Assembly (NCBI GenBank): GCA_963730935.1 | Contig: CAVSTP010000004.1 | Span: forward strand, 128,001-192,000 | Length of the DNA stretch: 64,000 bases | DNA from: an uncultured Nitrospiraceae bacterium | Lineage (GTDB): Bacteria; Nitrospirota; Nitrospiria; Nitrospirales; Nitrospiraceae | Reading direction: 5' to 3' | Shown: positions 55,796 to 64,000 of the stretch, piece after piece | How the letters are laid out: each line of letters starts with the position of its first letter | How positions within the stretch are numbered: the first letter of the stretch is position 1 | Notes under the pieces: model-generated | Databases searched by the model: none | The model's input: the letters and a program-made list of their open reading frames with translations, nothing else | What the model was told of the DNA's origin: nothing | Position numbers and translations under genes: made by a program

Positions 55796-56419
55796 ATGAC
55801 CAAATCAAGGGCTTGGTGTGCGTTGTCGCTCGCCATCGCCTGTCTTTCTCCAACAGCTGCGCAGGCCGAATACTATGTTGCAGGACAAGTCGGCGTGAAC
55901 TTTGCCGACAGACTGACAGGAATCCAAGGGACCGGCAATTTTGTGACACAACGGGGCCCTGATCTCGACCTCAAGAATGCTGTTCTGTATGGAGGAAAAT
56001 TAGGTTTTTTCCCAGGCAATGGAGCGATGGGTCTGGAGTTGGATGTGTTCAACAGTCAACCCAACATCAAGAATCTGGACAACATCCCGGGTATTCATCT
56101 CGGCGTGACCAATGTCGGCATCAACCTCCTGCTGCGGTACCCCGGCCAGACGTTTCAGCCGTACATAGGCTTCGGAGGCGCCGCGCTGATCGCCCGCATT
56201 TCGGAGACGGTAGACGTGCAGAGCGACACCGATGTCGGATTCGGGATCAATCTGCTGGGCGGGCTGCGCACCTTCATTACCCCCTACGTGGCCATTTTTG
56301 CTGAATACAAATATACGCGTGGAACGCTCTCCTTCAACGAAGCCTTTGGATCAGCTGGAGGCTTCTCAGGGGACTATCACGCGCAACAGGTGGTTTTTGG
56401 CGTGTCGTACCATTTCTAA
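55796..56419 (+). CDS. Outer-membrane beta-barrel protein (8-strand, OmpA/OmpW-like)
   Basis: Signal peptide ending AQA, QPYIGFG, C-terminal beta-signal FGVSYHF; start set at ATG 55796. Confidence 0.85.
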   Translation: MTKSRAWCALSLAIACLSPTAAQAEYYVAGQVGVNFADRLTGIQGTGNFVTQRGPDLDLKNAVLYGGKLGFFPGNGAMGLELDVFNSQPNIKNLDNIPGIHLGVTNVGINLLLRYPGQTFQPYIGFGGAALIARISETVDVQSDTDVGFGINLLGGLRTFITPYVAIFAEYKYTRGTLSFNEAFGSAGGFSGDYHAQQVVFGVSYHF

Positions 56420-56430
56420 GGAAACACATC

Positions 56431-57033
56431 ATGAACGCTCCACATTTTGCTCGGCCGATGCATCATTCTAGAGTACTGCTTCCGCTTGTCGCGGTTGCAT
56501 TCGCGCTGCTTGCCTCCGCCTGCTCTGGATCGAAGGTGATTCCGCCTGAGTGGGAAAAACAAATCGACTCGTCGGTATCGTTTCGCGACATACAGGCCTC
56601 TCCCCAGGCGCTACAGGGACGGACGGTACTGCTGGGTGGTGAGGTGCTCGGAGCAAGGCGGGTACAGGACGGAGTGGAATTGGAGGTGTTGCAATTGCCC
56701 GTCAAGGACGATGATCCACCGTCCGAGCGGAGAACGGAATCGGAGGGCCGGTTTTTCGCGATCGACCGCTCAGCCGGAGATCCCGCGTCCTTTCCTCCTG
56801 GGACAAAGGTCACCCTCGTCGGGGTGGTTGCCGGCGAGGAAACACGCCGCCTTGACGAATCCACCTACCGATATCCTATCGTCGAGGTCAAGCACCTGTA
56901 CGTCTGGAGTGAAGACGCCTACCGCGAGCGCTCGGGCAACTCCGTCGGCCTGTTCGGTGGAGTGGGATTTGGATTCGGCAGCGGCGGAAGGGGCGGCAGT
57001 TTTGGTGGTGTCGGTGTCGGCATGGGATACTAG
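56431..57033 (+). CDS. Slp-family outer-membrane lipoprotein
   Basis: Lipobox LASAC, VLLGGEV, LEVLQLP, SEGRF, VTLVG, YRYP. Confidence 0.88.
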   Translation: MNAPHFARPMHHSRVLLPLVAVAFALLASACSGSKVIPPEWEKQIDSSVSFRDIQASPQALQGRTVLLGGEVLGARRVQDGVELEVLQLPVKDDDPPSERRTESEGRFFAIDRSAGDPASFPPGTKVTLVGVVAGEETRRLDESTYRYPIVEVKHLYVWSEDAYRERSGNSVGLFGGVGFGFGSGGRGGSFGGVGVGMGY

Positions 57034-57111
57034 GCGTTCAGCCGGGGTCTTTGGTAAGTTCAAAAGGCTGTGTTTAAATAGTTGAAATCGCAGAAGCGTG
57101 CGAGGGCGTGC

Positions 57112-57837
57112 ATGACTCTGATCCGGCTATCCCTGCTTATAATGGTGATTGCCTGCGCCGGCTTTTTCGCCACCAGTTGCGCGAAATCGGCTCATCAGAC
57201 TGGGCAAGATCAATTAGAGCGCTTGGTCCCTGCTGACGTCCTCTCTCAGGTGGACGATACCGTGTCCTTCAGCCAACTCCACGCCGATCCTCGCCAATAT
57301 GTGGGCCGGACGGTGATGGTGAGCGGAGTGGCCCTGAAGGCTCGGCGCATCAACGAGGGAACCGAAATTGAAATCCTGCAGGTGCCGACCGAGCGCGGCC
57401 TATCGCCGTCTGATCGGAAGGCAAAGTCCGAGGGACGTTTTCTCGCGGTCCAATCCGCTGGCTTTCTCGACCCTGTCGTGGTCGAGAAGGATTCCCCCTT
57501 GACGGTTGTGGGGGAGGTGAAAGGCGCGACTACCAAACCGCTTGATGAAGGCGAGTATCAATATCCGATCCTCGACGTTAAACATCTGATTGATTGGAAC
57601 GAAGTGAAGGGCAGCGGCCGCGACGGATACGACTCGGCGTACTATGGCCAGTACGGCGGATATTATGGTGGCTGGTCCCACTGGTACTACGGGTTCGGCA
57701 GCCCCTTTGCGGGACCGTACGGCCTCTATCCCTATTCCTATTATGGACCGTATTATTCGTTCCCACGCGGGTATTCCGTGCCGGCACCGTCTCCGCCGCC
57801 TCCCGCATCGATACCCCGCCTCTTCCAAAAAGACTGA
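57112..57837 (+). CDS. Slp-family outer-membrane lipoprotein with Tyr/Gly/Pro-rich tail
   Basis: Lipobox FATSC, IEILQVP, SEGRFLA, FLDP, LTVVGEV, YQYP. Confidence 0.88.
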   Translation: MTLIRLSLLIMVIACAGFFATSCAKSAHQTGQDQLERLVPADVLSQVDDTVSFSQLHADPRQYVGRTVMVSGVALKARRINEGTEIEILQVPTERGLSPSDRKAKSEGRFLAVQSAGFLDPVVVEKDSPLTVVGEVKGATTKPLDEGEYQYPILDVKHLIDWNEVKGSGRDGYDSAYYGQYGGYYGGWSHWYYGFGSPFAGPYGLYPYSYYGPYYSFPRGYSVPAPSPPPPASIPRLFQKD

Positions 57838-57843
57838 CGAACG

Positions 57844-60486
57844 ATGAAACGCGCCACGGTGACCAAGCAGCTGCAACGGTATCGCGGGAAGCGCAACTTT
57901 GTGAAAAGCCCCGAGCCGGCCGGTCATCCGGGACATCATCAGCCGGCCGAAGGACCGATCTATGTCGTTCAGAAACATGCCGCGACGCGCCTCCACTATG
58001 ATTTCCGGCTCGAGCTCGACGGGACATTGAAGAGCTGGGCCGTGCCGAAGGGGCCAAGTCTCGATCCTGGCCAAAAGCGCTTGGCCGTGCATGTCGAAGA
58101 CCATCCGCTGGAATACGCGCAATTCGAAGGCGTCATTCCCCCCAAGCAATACGGCGCGGGGACGGTGTTGATCTGGGACCGCGGCGTCTGGCGGCCGCAG
58201 GGCGATCCGCACGACGGCTATCGTCATGGCGTGCTGAAGTTCCGGCTGGATGGGCAAAAGCTGCAGGGCGCCTGGACCCTCGTTCGTATGCAGTCGCGGC
58301 GCAACGAAGCGCGGGACAACGGCAAGGAAAATTGGCTATTGATCAAGGAAAAAGATGCGGAGGCACGAAGGGGCAAGGCGGGCGAGATCGTGGAGTCCTT
58401 GACGGAGAGCGTGGAGAGCGGTCGCGGTCTCACTGATATTGCGACCGCCGGTGCGCGGGTGTGGCATTCGAACCGGACTTCGTTGAATTCCGAATCACGC
58501 GCCGCGAGCCCTGAGGTCACGACGCCAAAGGGCAAACGTCGGTCTTCGGTGAAACCCTCGGGCCTCACCGACGTGGAAGCCTCGAAATTGCCCGGCGCCG
58601 TCAAAGCGCGTCAGCCGGACTGGATTGCCCCGCAGCTGGCTATGCTGGTCGACCGGATGCCCACGGATGATAACTGGCTGCATGAGATCAAATTCGACGG
58701 GTATCGCCTTTTGTGCCGTGTGAAAAACGGCGATGCCAGGTTCTTCACGCGCAATGGCAACGATTGGACTCCGAAGCTTTCCGCTCAGGCGGAAGCGGTA
58801 GGTCGGCTTGGCCTGAAGGATGCCTGGCTCGACGGGGAGGCGGTCGTGCTGACGGAGCAAGGACGATCGAGCTTTCAGGCCTTGCAGAATGCCTTCGATT
58901 CGCGGTTTACGGGGACGATTGTCTACTGCGTCTTCGATCTGTTGTATCTCAACGGCTATGACCTCCGTGCGACTCCTCTCATCGAGCGGAAGCGTCTGCT
59001 CGCATCTCTCTTGAACCAGTTCAAAGATCCTCAGCTGCGCTATAGCGATCACATCATCGGGGACAATCAAGCCTCCTTCGAGGAAGCCTGCCGGCAGGGA
59101 CTCGAAGGGTTGATCGTCAAACGGATGGACGCCGGCTACCGGTCCGGACGGGGGCGCAGTTGGCTCAAAGTGAAATGCGAGCAACGGCAGGAATTCGTCA
59201 TCGGCGGATTCACGGAGCCGGCCGGCTCAAGGCAAGGGTTCGGGGCTCTGCTGGTGGGTTTGTACGAAGACGGAGCCTTGCGGTATGCGGGAAAAGTCGG
59301 CACAGGATTCTCCGACAGCCTGTTGAAGAAACTCCATCGGACGCTGCGCTCCCTCGAGCAGGCGAAATCGCCGTTCGTGAATCCGCCCTCAGGATACGAC
59401 GCGAAGGGCGCGCATTGGGTGAAGCCGAAACTCGTGGCGGAAATACGGTTTGCCGAATGGACGCAGGAGGGCATCCTGCGGCAACCGAGCTTCCAAGGCC
59501 TCCGGACCGATAAGCCGGCCACGGCGATCGGTCGGGAGCGTGCACAGCATCTCAGCGAAGATCGCAAGGATGAACGTTCTCCCAAGTCCCGGCGGAAGCC
59601 CGTGATGGATGCGGGACGGCTCACCAATCCGGACCGGGTCTTGTATCCGGACATTGGGCTGACCAAGGCCGCGCTTGCTGACTACTATGAACAAGTCGCT
59701 GAGTGGATGTTGCCGCATCTGCGGGGGCGCCCCCTGACGCTTCTCCGATGTCCGGAAGGGTACCAAAAATGTTTCTACCAGAAGCACGTCAACGAAAAGG
59801 TGCCTCCGGCCATCGGCCGGATTGAGATCGAGGAAGCAGATAAAAGGGATACGTATATGTTGGCCGAATCGCCCGAGGCATTGCGAGGTTTGGTCCAGAT
59901 GGGAGTGTTGGAAGTGCACACCTGGGGAGCGACGAAAGACCGCCTGGAGCGCCCTGACCGTTTGACCTTCGATCTCGACCCCGATCCGTCGGTTCCCTGG
60001 GAGCAGGTGATCGAAGCGGCTCAACTGACCAAGACGTTGCTCGATGAACTCGGCCTCGTGTGCTTTCTCAAGACCACCGGTGGCAAAGGGCTGCACGTCG
60101 TCACGCCGATTCAGCGCACGCTAGGCTGGGAGGAGGCCAAGCTCTTCGCAAAAATGGTCGCCGATCATCTCGTGACGGCAATCCCTCAGCGCTTCACCTC
60201 GAATATGGCCAAGCGCGCTCGGAAAGGAAAAATTTTCATCGATTATCTTCGGAACGCGCGCGGCGCGACGGCCATTGCCGCCTACTCGACAAGGGCCAAG
60301 CCCGGCGCTCCGGTCTCGGTGCCGATCGCGTGGGACGAGTTGTCGAAAGAGCTGCATTCGGACCACTTCACGGTCATGAACGTGCCGGCACGGCTCAAGC
60401 GTTTCCGGCACGATCCCTGGGAAGCCTACCGCCGGTCCGCCCGTCGAGTGACTGCGGAGATGGGACAGCGGCTAAAGTCCCGCTAA
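57844..60486 (+). CDS. ligD: NHEJ DNA ligase D (phosphoesterase-ligase-polymerase)
   Basis: QKHAATRLHYDFRLE (PE), EIKFDGYR (ligase), FDLDP and KTTGGKGLHV (polymerase). Confidence 0.96.
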   Translation: MKRATVTKQLQRYRGKRNFVKSPEPAGHPGHHQPAEGPIYVVQKHAATRLHYDFRLELDGTLKSWAVPKGPSLDPGQKRLAVHVEDHPLEYAQFEGVIPPKQYGAGTVLIWDRGVWRPQGDPHDGYRHGVLKFRLDGQKLQGAWTLVRMQSRRNEARDNGKENWLLIKEKDAEARRGKAGEIVESLTESVESGRGLTDIATAGARVWHSNRTSLNSESRAASPEVTTPKGKRRSSVKPSGLTDVEASKLPGAVKARQPDWIAPQLAMLVDRMPTDDNWLHEIKFDGYRLLCRVKNGDARFFTRNGNDWTPKLSAQAEAVGRLGLKDAWLDGEAVVLTEQGRSSFQALQNAFDSRFTGTIVYCVFDLLYLNGYDLRATPLIERKRLLASLLNQFKDPQLRYSDHIIGDNQASFEEACRQGLEGLIVKRMDAGYRSGRGRSWLKVKCEQRQEFVIGGFTEPAGSRQGFGALLVGLYEDGALRYAGKVGTGFSDSLLKKLHRTLRSLEQAKSPFVNPPSGYDAKGAHWVKPKLVAEIRFAEWTQEGILRQPSFQGLRTDKPATAIGRERAQHLSEDRKDERSPKSRRKPVMDAGRLTNPDRVLYPDIGLTKAALADYYEQVAEWMLPHLRGRPLTLLRCPEGYQKCFYQKHVNEKVPPAIGRIEIEEADKRDTYMLAESPEALRGLVQMGVLEVHTWGATKDRLERPDRLTFDLDPDPSVPWEQVIEAAQLTKTLLDELGLVCFLKTTGGKGLHVVTPIQRTLGWEEAKLFAKMVADHLVTAIPQRFTSNMAKRARKGKIFIDYLRNARGATAIAAYSTRAKPGAPVSVPIAWDELSKELHSDHFTVMNVPARLKRFRHDPWEAYRRSARRVTAEMGQRLKSR

Positions 60487-60529
60487 AAATTTGAGATCTG
60501 CAATTCCAGAGGCAGCTAGGGAGCCTCTA

Positions 60530-60845
60530 CTCATCGGCCGGCACTTCGGGATTCGGAAGGCGATAATGAATACCGGAGCGGTCGACATCGGTCGAAGAGG
60601 TCAACAAGATTCCTCATTACGAGGGTGTGGTCGGCGTGACGGCGGATCCCGTCGTCTCCTCGGACATCATTCAAGATCCTCGCGCTTCGATCATCGACCG
60701 TGAGATGACACAGGTGGTGGATGGAGACCTCTTGAAGGTGATGAGTTGGTACGACAATGAGTGGGGCTACGCGAGTCAAATGGTTCGACAGGCGGTCAGC
60801 ATGGCCCAGATCCTTCCCGTGGAACCGGCACTGTCTTCTCTGTAG
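60530..60845 (+). pseudogene. gap: Glyceraldehyde-3-phosphate dehydrogenase remnant with several deletions
   Basis: LIGRHFGIRKAIMNT (from 60530), then in another frame ERSTSVEEVNKI-PHYEGVVGVTADPVVSSDII...KVMSWYDNEWGY; the NAD-binding domain and catalytic Cys are absent. Confidence 0.85.
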
Positions 60846-60851
60846 TCGCGT

Positions 60852-60886
60852 TCTGGGTGCTGGCCATGCAGAGGCCAGCACCCAGA
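60852..60886. terminator. Perfect 14-bp hairpin between convergent genes (likely bidirectional terminator)
   Basis: tctgggtgctggcc-atgcaga-ggccagcacccaga; no strong U-tract. Confidence 0.6.
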
Positions 60887-60924
60887 TATCGTGCGACGCT
60901 TGATGCTCGCTAATTCCGAAGCCA

Positions 60925-62049
60925 TTACGCGACGTCGGTCTGTGGCGTCAGACTGAGCACCGTGCCGGCCCGTACGTGCCCCGAGGTTCGCGTATGGGTG
61001 ACCAGCTGTGGACGGTGCGAGGTGGCTGCCATGCTCTCGTAAATTGCAAGATAGTCCTTCACCATGCGCTCGACCGTGAATCGTTTTTCGAAGATTTCAC
61101 GGCAACGGGAGCGGTCGATCAACGACAGACCGGCGACGGCTTGCGCCATCTCGCCGATGTTGTCGCAGATGTACCCCGTCACGCCATGGTCAATGATTTC
61201 GGGGATCGACCCTTGACGATAGGCCAGAACCGGCGTGCCGCATGCCATGGCTTCGATCAACACGAGTCCGAACGGCTCGGGCCAATCGTAGGGACAGAGG
61301 AGTGCGGTCGCTTCGCCCAGAAAATCGTTTTTTTCGGCGTCGTTGATTTCGCCGACGTACTCGATCAACGGGTGATCCAGGAGATGCTCGATCTTCTGCT
61401 TGAAATAGGCCTCGTCTGCAGGATCGACCTTCGCGGCGATGCGTAGCGGCATGCCGACGCGCTTTGCGACTTCGATGGCGTGATCGGGACATTTCTCGGG
61501 CGAGATGCGCCCGAGAAACGCCAAATAGGATCCCGGCCGGTCGTGCACCGAGTACAAGTTCTTCGGAATACCGTGATACACGGTGCCCGCCCAATTCGCT
61601 TGCGGCAAGGGCTTTCGTTGGGCGTCGGAAATGGACACCACGGGCATTTCGGCATACTCGTTGAAGATGGGCTGCAATTCCGGCAAGTCCAGACGCCCGT
61701 GCAGCGTGGTGACGACCGGCGCGTGAGCGCGGCGGCTCATGGGAAAGCTCAGAAAATCCAGATGGGAGTGGATGATGTCGTATTGTGCGGAGGCGGCGCC
61801 CAGCGCCTGCTCCTGCATTAGGAGCAAGGGAGCATCACGATTGATCAGACTGGTGTCGTGGAGACGAAGCGCCCGTGGACAGCCGGCCTTGAGCTGCGCG
61901 GCTGTCTTGGAGTCTCCGCTTGCGAACAGGGTGACCTCATGGCCTTGACGTACGAGTTCCTCGGTCAGGTAGGACACAATCCGTTCGGTCCCGCCGTACA
62001 GCTGCGGGGGCACACTTTCCCAGAGCGGAGACAACTGAGCGATCTTCAT
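60925..62049 (-). CDS. Glycosyltransferase family 4 protein
   Basis: VPPQLYGGTER, FLGRISPEK, EPFGLVLIEAMACGTPV (EX7E). Confidence 0.93.
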   Translation of the reverse strand: MKIAQLSPLWESVPPQLYGGTERIVSYLTEELVRQGHEVTLFASGDSKTAAQLKAGCPRALRLHDTSLINRDAPLLLMQEQALGAASAQYDIIHSHLDFLSFPMSRRAHAPVVTTLHGRLDLPELQPIFNEYAEMPVVSISDAQRKPLPQANWAGTVYHGIPKNLYSVHDRPGSYLAFLGRISPEKCPDHAIEVAKRVGMPLRIAAKVDPADEAYFKQKIEHLLDHPLIEYVGEINDAEKNDFLGEATALLCPYDWPEPFGLVLIEAMACGTPVLAYRQGSIPEIIDHGVTGYICDNIGEMAQAVAGLSLIDRSRCREIFEKRFTVERMVKDYLAIYESMAATSHRPQLVTHTRTSGHVRAGTVLSLTPQTDVA

Positions 62050-62125
62050 GTGGGTGATCCTTTCTATAAAAGAACATGCGCGAGGTGAGATGCTTTACTA
62101 TGGCGAACTGCAGTCCTGACTCGAA

Positions 62126-62141
62126 CTAGGGGAACTTCTAG
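62126..62141. promoter_or_regulatory. Putative operator palindrome in the divergent GT4/antiterminator promoter
   Basis: (AA)CTAGGG GAAC TTCTAG, intergenic. Confidence 0.55.
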
Positions 62142-62421
62142 CCCGTCCAGGTTGTCCTACCCTGGCCCCTGCTCGCTTTGGCCCTTGATGCCCGCTCAGC
62201 AGTTCTCCCGATGTGCCCTCCACGATTCTCCCCCGGCAGTTTCAGTGACATCACGGATAGTCGCATCGGGATGCATTCGATACTGTGGCGACAATAGGGA
62301 TGAAAGACCGGCCGGCTAGGTACTTGCCGAGCCGATCGACAAAGGCGCAGGTCACGATTTGTACAAGAATTCTTGTACGAGGGATTGGCGGCTTGCGGAT
62401 CAAAGGTAATGGAGGTTCGGG

Positions 62422-63018
62422 ATGGGGAACCATGGCCAAACCGAAAGGGGCGGAGCCCTTTCGCTTCTTGCGACGGCCGACAGAGCGCACGTAAAAGTAT
62501 CCGACGTCGGCGCACATCAGCCGCAGTGGTACGCTCTGTGGACCCACAGTCATTGCGAGCAACTGGTGAGGGGACAGCTCGACTCCAGAGGGTTCGAAGT
62601 CTTCCTCCCGACGATCGGTGTGTGGTCCTGGCGTGCCGGTGTGAAGCACCGGATTCGCCGCCCGTTGTTTCCGGGCTATCTGTTTGTGCGCGACGTGTTG
62701 AGCGCCTCTCGCTATGTCGAACTGCTCAAGGCGAGGGGGTTGGTCGGCGTGCTGGGAGGACAAGACGGCGGTCCAGGAGAGATCCCGGAAGTCGAGATCG
62801 ATGCCATCCGTTCCCTCGTGAACTCCGAATTGCCGGCTTCCCCCTATCCATATCTACAGACCGGCCAGCGAGCGCGCATCAGCGAGGGACCGCTCGCGGG
62901 CGTGAAAGGCATTCTCGTAGACCGGCGCGCCGGCAAAAGGCTTCTGGTGTTGTCGGTGCATCTCTTTCGCCGCAGCGTCGCCGTCGAAGTGGACTGTCCC
63001 TTGGCCGTTGCCGCATGA
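62422..63018 (+). CDS. NusG-paralog transcription antiterminator (UpxY/RfaH-like)
   Basis: WYALWT..HCE, FLP, PLFPGYLFV (NGN); GQRARISEGPLAGVKG (KOW); GGAGG RBS. Confidence 0.88.
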   Translation: MGNHGQTERGGALSLLATADRAHVKVSDVGAHQPQWYALWTHSHCEQLVRGQLDSRGFEVFLPTIGVWSWRAGVKHRIRRPLFPGYLFVRDVLSASRYVELLKARGLVGVLGGQDGGPGEIPEVEIDAIRSLVNSELPASPYPYLQTGQRARISEGPLAGVKGILVDRRAGKRLLVLSVHLFRRSVAVEVDCPLAVAA

Positions 63019-63184
63019 CGTGGCCCATGCGGTGCACGGGCAGGTGCGTTGCGATGCGGAATCTCCGGCTCCTTGTCAACCTTGTGTTGTGGATACGGAT
63101 GGCGATCGACGGTGAGGAACCGCAGGCCCTGGCACGGCCGATGGAGCGAGTGGCGGTATCAGTCTGACGGTGACACACACGGCG

Positions 63185-64000
63185 ATGACACCAATTTCTG
63201 CGAGGCTGAGAAAACTCGCCGGCATGGAACCGGTCGAGTGGCGCGAACGGGGGCGGCAGCTTCTGCTGAAGTCCGGCGAGCGATACTTCGGCATGAGGCA
63301 GGGCGAGATGAACGACCGAACTTTCCGGCGCCGGTTAGTGCCTCCCTTCGATCAGGCGCCTGTTGAGACAGTGGCCGAAGATGTGCTGGAGGTGATGCGA
63401 GGCCTGGATTTCAGCCGTCGTCCCTTCATGCCGCTGTTCGGCGCGCGCGAGCTGACGGCCTCGCTGTTCCGCCGCCGGTTTCCTGCCGAATGTGAGCGGT
63501 TGCTGCACCGCGCCGATCGGGCGATTGCCGGACGGTTCGACCTCCTTGGCCTCACCGACGTGTCGTTCGGGCATCCGATCGATTGGCATCTCGAGCCGAC
63601 ATCGGGAAAGCGGACCGGAAATCCCCATTGGAGTGTGATTTCTTACCTGAATCCGTCCGTCGCAGGCGATAAGAAGATCACCTGGGAGCTCAATCGGCAC
63701 GGGCATTTCGTCACGTTGGGCCAAGCCTATCTCCTAACCAAGGATGACCGGTATGCCGAGGCCTTCATCTGCCAACTGACGGCGTGGCTGGACGCGAATC
63801 CCCCGCGCCGGGGGATCAATTGGGCCAGCTCCCTCGAGCTGTCGATTAGATGCATCGCCTGGCTGTGGGCCATGCCCTGTTTTGCCTGGTCCGGCCGGCT
63901 GACCCCTATCATTATATGGAGGATCCTGAAGAGCCTGTTCCAGCAAGGGTCGTACATCGAATCGTACCTATCGCATTACGTTGCGCCGAATACGCACTTG
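63185..64000 (+). CDS. Heparinase II/III-like (alginate lyase fold) protein, 5' part; runs off the window end
   Basis: Not in the ORF track. Open from ATG 63185 to the window end; IDWHLEP, GDKKITWELNRHGHF, NPPRRGINWASSLELSIR. Confidence 0.85.
   Translation, partial: MTPISARLRKLAGMEPVEWRERGRQLLLKSGERYFGMRQGEMNDRTFRRRLVPPFDQAPVETVAEDVLEVMRGLDFSRRPFMPLFGARELTASLFRRRFPAECERLLHRADRAIAGRFDLLGLTDVSFGHPIDWHLEPTSGKRTGNPHWSVISYLNPSVAGDKKITWELNRHGHFVTLGQAYLLTKDDRYAEAFICQLTAWLDANPPRRGINWASSLELSIRCIAWLWAMPCFAWSGRLTPIIIWRILKSLFQQGSYIESYLSHYVAPNTHL

Noticed and set aside
25657..60530. Weaker palindrome-like matches (about 25657 CTAGGT-CAAT-CCCTGT, about 43403, about 60515; also about 14295)
   Set aside because: Three or more mismatches or wrong spacing; cannot be told from chance without a position-weight-matrix scan.
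63015..63167. Possible 50-aa ORF between the antiterminator and the heparinase-like gene
   Set aside because: It fits the gap (ATGA overlap) but has no motif or clear RBS; evidence is insufficient.

Overview
A GC-rich, gene-dense bacterial chromosomal segment. It is probably from a Nitrospira-like organism, which I infer only from the gene-family mix (DUF3015-like protein, paired Slp lipoproteins, expanded HisKA_3 hybrid kinases). It reads as a general-stress/desiccation island. The effector genes are glgC, treY, treZ, two amylo-alpha-1,6-glucosidases, Ku, topoisomerase IB, LigD, BON, YihY, an ElaB/YqjE-like trio, a PRC-barrel protein, a pyruvate oxidase-like enzyme, cfa, three paralogous MFS transporters and a GT4. 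They flank a ~28 kb signalling block (14500-42828) with 9 histidine-kinase cores, 14 receiver domains and an RsbR-S-T stressosome, but no recognisable sigma factor, DNA-binding output or Hpt. The most notable pattern is that four separate input branches each end in a paralogous HisKA_3-HATPase-REC module. In addition, a palindrome CTAGGG-N4-CCCTAG recurs in the intergenic DNA upstream of most transcription units. Together these suggest a hypothetical funnel-type stress regulon run by a NarL/FixJ-type regulator encoded outside the window. Also present are a multiply deleted GAPDH remnant, an unannotated 45-aa Pro/Lys/Arg-rich sORF, and the start of a polysaccharide locus (NusG/UpxY-type antiterminator, heparinase II/III-like protein). 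I saw no rRNA, tRNA, CRISPR array or transposase. All family calls come from motif recognition by eye, not from database searches.
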